From: Chiloscyllium plagiosum
Lineage: Eukaryota
DNA: 64,000 nt
Direction: 5' to 3'
NCBI RefSeq assembly: GCF_004010195.1
Contig: NC_057720.1
Span: 2,756,343 to 2,820,342 of the forward strand
Position numbers and translations under genes: made by a program. This document shows, one piece after another, positions 1 to 13,300 of the stretch (position 1 is its first letter; the number at the start of each line of letters is the position of its first letter). Below the pieces are notes generated by a model. That model saw only the letters and a list, made by a program, of their open reading frames with translations, did not search any database and had not been told where the DNA came from.

Positions 1-297
1 CTTGTCCGACCTGCCCAGCTCCTTTTCCACCTATCCACTCCACCCTCTCCTCCCTGACCTATCACCTTCATCTCCTCCCCCACTGATCTATTGTACTCTA
101 TGCTACTCTCTCCCCACCCTACCCTCCTCTAGCTTATCTCTCCACGCTTCAGGCTCCCTGCCTTTATTCCTGATGAAGGGCTTTTGCCCAAAACGTCGAT
201 TTTACCTGTCCTCGGATGCTGCCTGAACTGCTGTACTCTTCCAGCACCACTAATCCAGAATCTGGTTTCCAGCATCTGCAGTCATTGTTTTTACCTT
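1..297 (+). mobile_element. Penelope-like element 3' end (pseudo-LTR) with a degenerate hammerhead core
   Basis: Same sequence family as 41808-42007 and 56149-56340; CTGATGA-a-gggc-tttt-gccc-AAAA-CGTC at 170-197 (GAAA mutated). Confidence 0.75.
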
Positions 298-1684
298 GCA
301 AATCCCCAGGCCTGTCTTTCACCGCTGGTCCTACCTCAGTGTCACTGCCTCTGCCAAAGTAGCACCTAATACTGGGTTCCCGTGCTCACCCCTCCAACTG
401 GCCAGCTCCCCCACTCTTACCCGCTGAAATGGCCCAGTAAACCACCCAGCTCAAGGGCATTGAGGAATGGGTGACAAATGCCCACATTCCATGAAAAAAC
501 AAAGAAGGAAACAAAAGCGCGATTGTTTAGAAGTGAGGAAGGAATGAAGTATTGCTGATTGCAAGACAAGGACCTTGCTACTTGCTGAAGTCACATATGC
601 CTTCCATTAACGGCTGGTTAGAATACAGGACTGAGATTGGGTCTGTTCACCACAACTCTCACAGAGGGAGGTAGTTTCTGAGGATGTGGGCTGTACAGTT
701 TGATAAATTGCTGCTGGTGAAGATGTGTTTGTGCCGAGTGTGTGTGGAGAATGTGTTATTGGTTGTGATTATAATAGTGACCCACCATCACTCCCAATTT
801 TTCACTGTCTGAGAGACATCAGTTCTCTCATGTGATTCCCTTCAGTACAGTAGATGGTGAACAATTCACTGGAAGGTGTAGAGGGAATAGTTTAAATTCC
901 GAGCCAGGCTGTTCAGGGATGCTGTCAGGAAGCACTTTATCACATAAGCATTCCTGGGAATCTTGAAGTCTCCTACACCATCCATCCACAACCCCTGCAG
1001 CCCCCACCCCAAACAAAAGACAATTGAGAACTTCAAAATGATGTGCTGAGATTGATAAGTATCTGCTCAGCATTGTTTATAAACCTGGGATATTCAGGGG
1101 GACGTAAAGTACAGATACCAAGAGCTGAACAGATGATGGAACAAACAAGAGGGGCCGAATGGCCTCCTCCACTGCATAGATTCATACAGTGCTGAAAGGC
1201 CCTTCGACCCATCAGGTCTGCACCAACATAGCTATCACTGATGGCACACTAATCCCAATTTCCTGCACTTGCTCCATATCCGTGAATGTTTGAAAAGTTC
1301 ATCCAAATATTGTTTAAATGTTGTAAGGTTTCCCGCTTCTGCTACCCTCCCAGGCAATGTATTCCCGATTCCCACCACCCACTGAGTGAAAATATTTTTT
1401 CCAAAATCCCCTCTGAATATCCTGCCCCTTACCCTAAAACTATGCCCTCTCGTGACTGATCTCTCAATTCTCCCAGTCCATACCCCTTATCATCCTATAA
1501 ACCTCAATCATGTCCTCCCGCAGTATTCTCTGCTCTCGAGAAAACAATCGAAGGCTACTTCCTCTATCCTTTCTGAACATTAAGGCTATAATCATGTTCA
1601 GAAGACAATATGCCAATAAATGTAGGTTGTGGTTCTCACTGGGGAGTCTTGTGTTCTGACAAAAACATTGAAGTTTGGTAAAGT

Positions 1685-2035
1685 GGGTGATATGGTGACT
1701 CGGTGGTTAGCACTACTGTCTCACAACACCAGGGACCTCAGCTCGATTCCAGCCTTGGGTGTCTGTCTGTGTAGAGCTTGTACATTCTTCCAGTGTCTGT
1801 GTGGGTTTGTGCTCTGGTTTCCTCCCACTGTCCGAAGATGTGTAGGTTAGAGTGAATTGGCCATGGGCACTTGCCCAAAGTGTCTAGCAATGTGTAGGCT
1901 GGGTGAATTAGCCATGAGAAATGCAGGGTTACAGGGATGGGATAGCTTGGTGGGTCTGGGTGGGACATTCCCTGGAGGGCAGGTGTGGCCTTGATAAACC
2001 AAATGGCCTCTTTCTGCACTGGAGAGATTCTACGA
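1685..2035 (+). mobile_element. tRNA-derived SINE (HE1/V-SINE-like)
   Basis: tRNA-like head with A/B-box-like motifs (ggtggttagc...gctcgattcc), conserved body, CR1-like 3' tail. Confidence 0.75.
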
Positions 2036-2900
2036 AAGCCTCTAAGTTTCTCTGGATGCTTAGCTGGCACAACTTCAGGGGTTTTACTCAGCTTTCTGAA
2101 ATTCTCAAAGTCGGCACAGGAATATACATTTCACTGGATGTGGGATCTTGAAATGATTAAATTGCTCCTATGTTGTCTTCTGCTTCAATCTCCCTGTAAC
2201 TCCAACAAGAAAATCACGCTGCTTAACAAACAATCAAAAATGTGCTCAATAATTTAACATTCCAACTTGGAAGCTCTGATATAAACCAAATAGATTGCAA
2301 TTCTATTACTTTCAGAGACATAAGATTTATGTTTCAAAAACACCTTTAAACACCCTCTGAGGACCCAAAGTGTTGGGACGCAATGAAATGCAGTTACTGT
2401 TGTAATGTAAGAAACACAGCAGTCAATTTGCACAGCAAGATCCCACCTATAGTAATGCAATCACCACCTCGGTTGTTTGTATCAGTGAGGGCCCTAACTG
2501 AAACAAACCCTAACTGTAGGGCGACAGAGCCACACAACATTATGACAAGTTAGGGTAGGGTTGACGGGGAAAAACTGTTCTCATTGGCTAATGGTACAAG
2601 ATCAAGTGGGATCAGATCTACAGTTTAGAGAAAGAGATGCTGGAGGAGGATGAGGAAGAGCTATTAAGCATCGAGTGTTAGTGACCTGGAATTCAGTGCT
2701 GATGAGGCTGCTGAAAGGAGGAAGTGTACTTGAAGGACTGTAGGAACAGAGCAGGGCACTGGGACTGAAACAATGACAGAAGTTACTAGAGAAACTCAGC
2801 AGGTCTGGCAGCATTTGTGGAGAGAGAAAGCAGAGTTAGCATTTCAGGTCCAGTATCCCTTTTTCAGAACTCACTGGGACTGACTGGCTTGCTTTACTTG

Positions 2901-3097
2901 GACAAAGTTAGAAGTCACACGACACCTAGTTATAGTCCAACAGGCTTACTTGTCCTTTTATTTGCTCCTTTGTCTAGGGAACTGATGAAGGAGCAGTGCT
3001 CCAAAAGCTTGTGATTTCAAATAAACCTGTTGGAATATACCTGCTGTCATGTGACTTATGACTTTGTCAACCCCAAACAAACACTAGTATCTCCATG
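2901..3097. mobile_element. PLE-derived fold-back element
   Basis: Inverted arms gacaaagttagaagtcacac... / ...gtgacttatgactttgtc around a degenerate CTGATGA-aggagcagtgctcc-AAAAGCTT core. Confidence 0.7.
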
Positions 3098-4994
3098 TTT
3101 TTACTTGGAGAGCCGGCATGAACTCATTGGCCTCGATCATGGCATGATTCTCAGCTGGAAAATTATGTAGAGCTCTGGGCATCACATATTTTGCAGGGTG
3201 TCCAGGTGTTGGAGAGGGTGTGGAGGAGTTAACCAGGATGTGACCAGGAATGAGGAATTTTTGTTTTGTGGAGAGACTAGAGACACCAGGAACTTATACA
3301 ATTCTAACAGGACCAGGCAGGGCAGATACATGAAGAATGGTCCCAATGACTGAGGGTCACGGTTTAACGATAAGAGTTGGTCATTTAGGACTAAGATGAG
3401 TCTGTGAAATTCTCTACCACAGGAAACTGTTGAGGCCAAAATATTGAAAACATTCAAGAAAGATGTGGACACAATTGTCAGAATTAATGGGATCCAAGAA
3501 TATAGAGTGAAAGCATAAAGAGGGGACTGAGTTGGATGACCAGCCATGATCATATAGAATGGCTGAAGTGGATCAAAGGGCAGAATGGCCTCCTCCTGTT
3601 CCTGTCCTATGATTCTGTTGTTTGGGATTGGAATGCTATTAAAATGAGTCCGAAATATTCACAAGAATTAGTACATTGGGTATACATTGTGCATTCACAA
3701 CATCAGTAAAATGTGAGGGTAAGGTAAAGTTGGATAAACTTGGAGACGACATCAGAAATACAAAACAAAATTCAGATGAAACGGTGACGTGTGTTGATCC
3801 CTCAATCAATGTTGCAAACTGGTAATATGGCTGTGAGAGCTTCCTGTGTACCAATTGGCTGTTGCAGTTTGTACATGACGACAACCACTTGCATGATATT
3901 GTGCTCCCGATGTAGAGAAACATGTCAAAGTGTACCACAGAAGCTGTATCACTCGAAATAATGGCAACAAGCTAGACATGGAGTATCTTCCTAAATAAGA
4001 ACTGAAGGAAAGAATAGGAAAGGAATTTAGGAGCTTAGAGCCCAGGCTGATGAAGGAGTGGTGATCGACGCAGAGTCACAACGTTTATTCAATGATAACG
4101 CGCTTTGGGACACCTTAAGGTCCACAGAAGTTCTGATATAAGTGCAAGTCCTTCTGACAGATTAGCCATCTTGTCTTGACCTGCTCTCTGGTAAACACGT
4201 TCTGAAATGAGAAACTGTTTCAGACACTCAGTGTGGATGGCACTCGGTTTTATAAATTGTCAAACTGAAGAATAGCAAAAAGCCCTTCAATAAATCGGTG
4301 GCACTTCAATGAAGTCAGTTTACAAACCGGGATGTGCTGCAGTCTCGTCAGAGGGTTGGTGTGGACCGAATGGCCTGTTTCCACACTGTCAGGATTCTAT
4401 GAGTATCTGGCAGTACAACTCTTGTCAATCTACTGGGATTAAGCTGCTTACATCCAATGAGCCACAAGGAGGCGTCAAATCCTTCTTTATTTGCTACTCT
4501 GATACAGTCAGGATTACAGTCAGGAATCATTCCATTACATTTGAAAACTGGATTATTCCAAGTGGAAAGATATATTTTTACTTTATATTGATAAGTATTA
4601 TGTTAATGGTCAGATGAGGTGATCGTTGATTCTATCAATATGCCTGATGTCATGAGAAATTTGAGCCCTGTAGATTGGGAAAACTATTCCCAATGGGTGA
4701 AAAGATCGAGAACAAGAACATAATACAGACATGATGGGCCAAATGGCCTCCTTCCAAATAGCAACAATTAGGTGATTGTTATTTATGTTGTAGCTCAGTT
4801 GTAGAGGGTTGTGGGATCAAGTCTCACTTGAGAGAGACAAAAGCAGAAACTGCTGGAAAAGCTCAGTGGGTCTGGCACCACCTGCAGAGAGAAATCGGTT
4901 AATGCTTTGCATCCAGTAACTCAACATCACCAGAGAGACTTGAGCATTGAATGTAGATTGACAGAGAGCTGTACTGTCACAAGATCAGTACTCA

Positions 4995-5250
4995 TAGAAT
5001 CCTGACTGTGGAAACAGGCCATTCAGTCCATACCAATCCTCTGAAGACCATCCCACCCAGATCCACCCCTGTCACCCTGTATTTCCCACAGTCAATCCAC
5101 CTGAACTGCACATGTTTGGATTGTGGGAGGAAAACCACGCAGAAATGGGGAGTATGTGCAAACTCCACATAGACAACCGCCCGAGGCTGGGATGGAACAT
5201 GGGTCCCTGTTGCTGTGAGACAGCCGTACTAACCACTGAGCTACCATGCT
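4995..5250 (-). mobile_element. HE1-like SINE
   Basis: Reverse complement of the 13347-13662 family. Confidence 0.75.
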
Positions 5251-6314
5251 GTCGGGGGCTCAGTACTGAGGGGATCTGCACTGTTAGATGCATTGGCAAT
5301 GATTGTCATTGTTGTAGGTCTATGTGTGACTTTGATATTTCCTGTGCTTTTTATTGTGCATTACCCAGTTTTTCACAGAAATGTCAGGCCATCCCTTTGC
5401 ACAGAATTGTCCTGAACTCACAGACCTATTGACCATCTGCTCTGTGCTGGCTTTATACAGCCTGGTCCAACCTGTCTTCACTTATCCCTATCAACATATT
5501 CCTCATTTCTTATCTTGCGTGTTTATCAAGCTTCCCTTAATTGTACCAACAATATTCACCTTGAACGGTCCCTGTGGGAGTCTGTCTACATCCCTATTAC
5601 TTGCTGGATGATGAAGCCTCCCTCTGGGTTATATAATGACCGACAATTGTATTGGCCCTTTCCCTGGATATCCCTCACCCCAGCCCCATGGGAAGAAACA
5701 TTTTCTCTATTTCAATATTATCAAACCTTTTCATAATTTAAGGATTTCAGTCAGGTGATTCTGTTTCCTTGAGTAAGGGTTTCTGGTCTGTCCCACCTTT
5801 CCCACTGGTTAAAGGTTTTATTTCTGGGAAGATGAGCCAAAGGCCATGTGGATTTAGGCCATGGATCAGCCAAGATCTCATTGAATGGTGGAACCGGCTT
5901 GAGGGGCTGAATGGCCTACTCCTGTTCCTATGGAATGTGAGAACATCGTGCTTAGGAGCTTGAGTAGGTCCCTTGGCCCCTTGAGCTATTTGATAAGAGC
6001 AAGGTTGAGTTGGTTGAGGTCTCATCTCCCCTTTTCTTTCTGCCCCCATAGCCCTAGACTCTCATATCAGTCAAAAGACATCTAACCCGGCCTTGATAAG
6101 TGTTGGTAGCTCAGTGCTGACTCAGTGCAGACCTCACTTTCTCCTCAGTGAACGGAAGGGCATCCTCTGTACGATTCTACAAATAAATTCAACAACCCAG
6201 CCTCCTCTATTTTCTTGGAATAAAGAATTCCGGAGACTATAGATCCTCTGACACAAAAGAAACTTCACCTTTAAGAGGGAGACCTCCAATTGTTGAACCT
6301 TACTCTGGCAACAG

Positions 6315-6546
6315 TAAGAACTGCAGATGCTGGGAGTCACAATTGATAAAATGTGGAGCTGGAAAAGCACAACAGGTCAGACAGCATTGAAGTTGCAAGA
6401 AAGTTGATGTCTTGGGGCAAAGGTCCTTCATCAACACTCAAAACATCGACTTTCCTGCTCCTCTGCTGCTGTCTGATCTGCCGGGCTTTTCCAGCTCCAC
6501 ATTTTATCAACTGTGAATCTTCAGTTTCTGCAGTCCTTACTGTTTC
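6315..6546. mobile_element. PLE-derived fold-back element (diverged)
   Basis: ttgataaaatgtggagctggaaaagc / gcttttccagctccacattttatcaa inverted arms. Confidence 0.7.
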
Positions 6547-6567
6547 CAAGTTATTGAAAACTATGTA

Positions 6568-9283
6568 GATAGGCCGACTAGAGGGGAGGCCATGTTGGAT
6601 TTGGTGTTTGGCAATGAGCCAGGCCAGGGGTCAGATCTCTCAGTGTGAGAGCATTTTGGTGACAGTGATCACAACTCCCTGACCTTTAATATAGTCAGGG
6701 AGAGGGATAGGAGCAGTTGGTATGGGAAAGTATTTAATTGGGGGAGGGGGAATTACGATACTATTAGGCAGGAACTGTGGAGCATAAATTAGGTACAAGT
6801 GTCCTCAGGGAAATGCATGACAGAAATGTGGAGGTTGTTTAGGAAGCCCTTGCTGATAGTGCTGGAAGGGTTTGTCCCACTGAGGCAAGGAAGGGAAGAA
6901 CCCTGAGTGACAAGGGATGTGGAACATCTATATTGGGGAGACAGGCCGCCTACTTGCGGAACACCTCTGGGACACCCGGACCAACCAACCCAACAACCCC
7001 TGGCTCAACACTTCAACTCCCCCTCCCACTCCACCAAGGACATGCAGGTCCTTGGACTCCTCCATCACCAGACCATAGCAACACGTCGGTTGGAGGAAGA
7101 GCGCCTCATCTTCCACCTAGGAACCCTCCAACCACAAGGGATGAACTCAGATTTCTCCAGTTTCCTCATTTCCCCTCCCCCCACCTTGTCTCAGTCAAAT
7201 CCCTCGAACTCAGCACCGCCTTCCTAACCTGCAATCTTCTTCCTGACCTCTCCGGCCCCACCCCACTCCAGCCTATCACCTTTCCAGCAACACATTTTCA
7301 GCTCTGATCTCCAGCATCTGCAGTCCTCACTTTCTCCTATGTGGAACATCTAGTCAAGAGGAAGAAGGAAGCTTACTTAAGGTGGAGGAGGCAAGAATCA
7401 GACAGGGCTTTAGAGGGTTACAAGGTAGCCAGGAAGGAACCGAAGAATAGCTTTAGGAAAATTAGAAGAGGGCATGAAAAAATGTTAGCGGATAGGATTA
7501 AGGAAAACCCTAATCCTCTTGTTCCTACACTTATGTCCAGAGTGAGGGTAGGGCCGATCAGGGATAGTGGAGGGAACTTACGCCTGGAGTCAGAGGAGAT
7601 AGGGGAGGTCCTTAATGAATACTTTGCTTCGTATATACTAGTGAGAAGCAGCTTGACATTTGTGAGGACAGCATGAAACTGGCGGATATGCTCCAACAGG
7701 TTGATGTTAAGAAGGAGGATGTGCTGGAAATTTTGAAAAACATAAGGATAGGTAGATCCCCTGGCAGGATATACCCAAGGTTATTCCAGGAAGCGAGGGA
7801 AGGAATTGCTGCACTTTTGGTGATGATCTTTGCATCTTCACTTTCTACTGGAGTAGTGCCAGATGATTGGAGGGTGGCAAATGTTATTGCTTTGTTCAAG
7901 AAAGGGAATAGGGATGATCCTGAGAATTACAGACCAGTCAGTCTTATGTCAGTGGTGGGCAAATTATTGGAGAGGATTCTGAGAGACAGGATTTGTGATT
8001 ATTTAGAAAAGCATAGTTTGATTAGAGATAGTCAGCATGGCTTTGTGAGGGGCAGGTCATGCCTCACAAACCTTACTGAATTCTTTGAGAATGTGACAAA
8101 ACACATTGATGAAGGTAGAGCAGTGGATGTGGTGTATATGAATTTTAGCAAGGCATTTGATAAGGTTCCCCAGGGTAGGCACATTCAGAAAGTAAGGAAG
8201 TATGGGATACAAGGAAATCTGGCTGTCTGGATACAGAATTGACTGACCCATAGAAGACAGAGGGTGGTAGTCAATGGAAAGTATTCAGCCTGGAGCTCAG
8301 TGACCAGTGGTGTTCCGCTGGGATCGATTCTGGGACCTCTGCTCTTTGTGATTTTTATAAATGACTTGGACAAGGAAGTAGAAGGCTGGGTTAGTAAGTT
8401 TGCCAATGACACGAAGGTTCATGGAGTGATGGATAGTGCGGAGGGCTGTTGCAGGTTGCAGCAGGACATTGACAGAATGCAGAGCTGGGCTGATAAGTGG
8501 TAGATGGAGTTCAACCTGGAAAAGTGTGAAGTGATTCATTTTGGAAGGTCGAATTTGAATGCAGAATACAGGGTTAAAGGCAGGATTCTTAGCAGTGTGG
8601 AGGAACAGAGGGATCTTGGCGTACACGTCCATAGATCCCTCAAAGTTGCCACCCAGGTTGATAGAGTTGTTAAGAAGGCATATGGTGTGTTGGCTTTCAT
8701 TAGCAGGGAGATTAAGTTTAAGAGCCCCGAGGCTACACTGCAGCTTTATAGGGCCCACTTGCAATTGTGTTCAGTTCTGGTCACTTCATTATAGGAAGGA
8801 TGTGGAAATTTTAGAGAGAGTGCAGAGGAAATTTACCAGGATGCTGCCTGGACTGGAGGGCATGTCTTATGAAGAAAGGCTGAGGGATCTAGGGCTTTTC
8901 TCATTGGAGTGAAGAAGGATGAGAGGTGACTTGATAGAGGGGTACAAGGTGATGAGAGGCATAGATTGAGCGGATAACCAGATACTTTTTCCCAGGGCAG
9001 AAATGGCTATCAGGAGGGGCCATAATTTTAAGGTGATTAGAGGAAGGTTTAGGGGAGATGTCAAAGATAGGTTCTTTACACAGAGAATGGTGGGTACATG
9101 GAATGCACTGCCAGCGGTGCTAGCAGAGTCAGAGACATTAGGGACATGTAAGCGGCTCTTGCATAGACCCATGGATGACAGTAAAATGAAGGGTACATAG
9201 GTTATTTGATCATAGAGTAGGATAAAAGGCTGGCACAACATCAAGGTACGAAGGGCCTGTACTGTGCTGGACTGTTCTATGTT
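6568..9283 (+). mobile_element. CR1-type LINE, 5'-truncated ORF2 (endonuclease end, RT, 3' UTR), disrupted
   Basis: ORF pieces NYRPVSL, QHGFVRGRSC, FSKAFDKVP, GVPLGSILGPLLF, KFANDTK; stops and frameshifts; interrupted by a PLE. Confidence 0.92.
6931..7338 (+). mobile_element. Penelope-like element fragment (GIY-YIG endonuclease C-terminus plus 3' end) nested in CR1
   Basis: YIGETGR...AQHFNSPSH...EERLIFHLGTLQPQGMN; exact 14-bp TSD atgtggaacatcta at 6917-6930 and 7339-7352. Confidence 0.88.
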
Positions 9284-9507
9284 CATACTGCAAAGCTTCT
9301 TCCAAGGCTGCCCACTTTCCAGAGGTTTTCCTCCTCCCTCTGAAGAGAGCTCAGTGAATGTCTCTCCCACTGTGACCCCCTGGTTATCTCCGCTGCCCTG
9401 CAGCTCATCACCCATACTCATTCACAATCCTGCCTCTATAGCCACGTGTCCTTCCTCAGCACCTGTCTGTGCAACCAGCTTGTCCCCCATGGGCCAAAGA
9501 TAATGTC

Positions 9508-9564
9508 TCCTGTTCCCTGAATGCTGCCTGACCTGCTGTGCTGTTCCAGCAATAAAGTTTCAAC
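9508..9564 (+). mobile_element. 57-bp PLE 3'-end mini-insertion
   Basis: Ends gtttcaac like 24777-24868; TSD agataatgtc (9498-9507, 9567-9576). Confidence 0.75.
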
Positions 9565-9764
9565 ACAGATAATGTCAGACCACCCCTTATAAGGGATCAT
9601 CCTTGTGAACCTTTGATACATTTTCTGAAAGGTTTCATAATGTGGAGTGTAGGTTATGCACAGCCCGTGTTTCAAATGTGATTCAGAATGGCCAAGTGGT
9701 TAAGGTGTGGTTAAGATTAAGATTCCATGGGCATATGTCTACGTTGGTAGCTGGGGTATTTTTG

Positions 9765-10170
9765 GGTGGTACGGTGGCTCAGTGGTTAGCACGGCTGTCT
9801 CACAGCGCCAGGGACCTCTGCTCGATTCCACCTTTGGATGACTGGCTTGGTGGAGTTTGCATATTCTCCCCATGTCTACGTGGGCTTCCTCCCACAGACC
9901 AAAGCTGTGCAGGCCAGGTGAATTAGCCATGGCCAATGTTATTTGAAAAAAGCAAAAAAAAAGAGATAAGAAATGACAAGAGAGGGCACGGCCCGTGCTC
10001 GGAAGCCCTCCCCCTCCACCCTGTTGTGTCCAGGAATGTGCAGGCTAGGTGGATCAGCCATGGGAAATACAGGGTTCCAGGGATAGGGTTGGAGGTGGGT
10101 CTGCATGGAATACTGTGCACACTCAATGGGCTGAATGGCCTGCTTTCACACTGTCGGGATTCTGTGATTC
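9765..10170 (+). mobile_element. HE1-like SINE with an ~85-bp internal insertion
   Basis: Typical head ggtacggtggctcagtggttagcac and tail ggcctgctttcacactgt. Confidence 0.75.
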
Positions 10171-10263
10171 GAATTTGAGTTTAATACAACCGCCTTGCCG
10201 TCCTGTGGAAACAGCTCGTGACACTTGCCTTGCTGATGTGGAATTTATTCTTTGTTTTCACAG

Positions 10264-10317
10264 GGATATCCAGGTGCTATTGGAGCAAGAGGCCCTCCTG
10301 GTTCTGATGGCAACCTA
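10264..10317 (+). CDS. COL24A1: Collagen exon A (54 bp) [18 protein letters not shown]
   Basis: tttgttttcacag acceptor, gtgagt donor, 6 Gly-X-Y triplets. Confidence 0.95.
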
Positions 10318-13300
10318 GTGAGTTACATCCACCAATCGTTCTTGCTCATTATACTTTCTGGCTTAAAGGGAAACTGTGTTGACAGCTGTGTAAAGATTAG
10401 AACCATCCATTGAAGTGGAATCCCTTGTGACACATGCCCACAGGCACTCGCAGTCCCTGCAAGAGCAAATACCCTGAAGATCAGGGCGAGGATTAATACA
10501 TTACCCCACAGTTTCCCCTTCCATCAAAACCTGCCTCAGAAAAAATTCAGCTGTTTACAATGACTCTGACCCAGTAATGCGTGCATTTTCTGCAGTTATG
10601 CTGTTGCTGCAAAATTAGGGGCAGAATTTGCATTGCAGATGAATGCAAAATGAGTTGCTTTTGTTTTGAATATGTTTCAGATAAATCTTTCCTCTCCGGA
10701 AGCCACAATACACTCTCTGATTCTATGAGGGCATTTTTTTTAAAAACATCTCCATAAATGTTAAAAGAAAAATAATCAAATGTATAAGTGTCTGTTTGGT
10801 CTGTTGCTCGTAGCCACTCCTAGCAAGAGGTCAGCTGGTCTCGGTATATCAAAGTCAGAAGTCACATGACACCAGGTCATAGTCCCACAGGCTTATTTGA
10901 AATCACAAGCTTTCGGAGCGCTGCCCCAGTCCTAACCCCTTGGTCAGCGCTCCAAAAGCTTGTGATTTCAAATACACCTGTTGGACTATAATCTGGTGTC
11001 AGGTGACTTCTGACTTTGCCTAAACGTGATAGCCTTGGGTGGAACCAGACCATTGTTTACCCTCCACTCTTTAATGTTTAGAAATGAAACATGTGATGAG
11101 GGAGAGGCAAGGCAGGAAGTTGTTGCTGCTGTAGTCCTCAGCAACATAAACGGCACCAAAAAGCTGCCACTCCTCCTGACGGGAAATTCCAAGAAACCGT
11201 GATATTTTGTGAAATGTCCAGACACGAAGACCCCGTAGAGGAAGAGGCGAGTGAGACCACCTGAATGATCTGCTACATTATTGAGGAAAGTGGGTCAAAT
11301 GGAATGTTCAATCGCTTACCCACCTCTTTCTGAAGAGTAGGGATGCTTTGACGTTTCACGCTGTCAGCACAAATCCAGGTTTAACTCCATCCATGACACA
11401 ACAGACTCCTTGGAAGACTGGGTGCTCAGCAGAATAGGAGTTTTGAGTCCTCCTGGATCTAACTCCATGAGATATAGGAGCAGAATTCAGTCCATTGAGT
11501 CTGCTCCAAATGTTTTTCTCAATGACTTTCAGAGCAGGATGTCAGACCATTGTATAATGTGAACAAATGGGAAAATTAAGGCATTTGTTCCGTATTGGCT
11601 GAAGCACTGTGCATCACTCTGGGTTATTTTCACATGGGCCACAGTTGTAGATAAACCAGGTCACACATGGCCATCCTCAAAGCTCCCCTGTTTATAGACA
11701 GTTCCCATATGATTGAAATTCACTTTATGTTTGTCCATTGGGTGTAACAGGTTGTCAGTGTGAGAAACTAACATGGAACTTAATACTTGCAGGGATTGCT
11801 CGGAGGAATTGGTCAGCCTGGATTTCCTGGTCTCACTGTAAGTGATTTAGGGAAATACAGTTTTCTGTTTACACAGTACTGTCTTACTCTTCAACTGTTC
11901 AATGTGGAGGATGAAGGGATGATCTGATTGAAAGTGTTTAAGATGATTGAAGAATTTGATTGGGTCAGGAGAGTTAATCTGTCTCCTCTGTGAGTGAAAG
12001 GGTTGATATGGGAGTCCGGGACAAGGGTTAGCACCTTCCGATGTGAACCAGGCCATTCAGGGGGTAATGTCAGGAGGCACATCCTCACAATGAGGGCAAT
12101 AGCAGTCTCAAAGCCTTCCCTCAAAAAGTCATTGAGACTGGGAATCAGGGATGGCGCTCAATTAATAATTTCAAGACTGATTTTTTTTTGTTCATTTGTG
12201 AGATTAGGGTGTCACTGGCTAGGCCAGCATTTATTGCTCGGCCCTAATTGCCCAGAGGGCAGTTAAGGGGCAATCACATTGCTGTGGGTCTGGAGTCACA
12301 TGTTGGCCAGACCAGGTCAGGATGGCAGATTTCCTTCTTGAAAGGACATTGATGAACCAAATGAACTTCTTTCCCCAAAAACCAACAACCGTTTCATGGT
12401 TTTATTTAATATCATTTTTTTTGCATTGAACATTTTTTAATTTATTTGTGGGACATGGGTGTCTCTGACTGGGCCAGCATTTACTGCCTGTCCCTAGTTG
12501 CCCTTGAGAAGGTGGTGATGAGATGTCGTTTTGAACTGCAGTGTGGAGGGGCCAGTCTTGGACAGGGGTGGACAAAGTTAGAAATCACACAATACCAGGT
12601 TATAGTCTGACAGGTTTATTTGGAAGGACAAGCTTTTGGAGCGCTGCTCCTTCATCAGGTAGCTAGTGAACCGCTGCAGTCCATGTGCTGTAGATAGATC
12701 CACAATGCCCTTAGGGAAGGAATGCCAGGATTTTGACCCAGTGACAGTGAAGGAATGATGATATGTTTCCAAGTCAGGATGGTGAGTGGCTTGGAGGGGA
12801 ATATGCAAGTGGTGGTATTCCCATGTATCTGCTGCCCTTGTCCTTCTAGGTGAAAGTGGTAGTGGGTTTGGAAGGTACTGTCTGAGGATCTTTGGTGAGT
12901 TTCTGCAGTGCATCTTGTAGATAGTACACACTGCTGCTACTGAGCGTCAGTGGCGGAGGGAGTGGATGTTTGTGGATGTGGTGCTAATCAGGCGGGGGCT
13001 GCTTTGTTCTGGATGGTGTCAAGTTTCTTGAATTCTTGGAGCTGCCCCCATCCAGGCAAGTAGGGAGTATTCCATCAGCCTTCTTACTTGTGCCTTGTAG
13101 ATGGTGGACAGACTTTGGGGGATCAGGAGGTGAGTTACTTGCCGCAGTATTCCCAGCCTCTGACCTGCTGTTGTAGCCACTGCATCTATGTGGTGAGTCC
13201 AGGTCCTTTTCTGGTCAATGGTAACCCCCGGGATATTGATAGTAGGGGATTCACAGATGGTAACCCCCAGGATGTTGATAGTAGGGGATTCACAGATGGT

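Noticed and set aside
3190..3245. Possible extra collagen exon after tttgcag
   Set aside because: No sustained Gly-X-Y register; the sequence is a degraded CR1 fragment.
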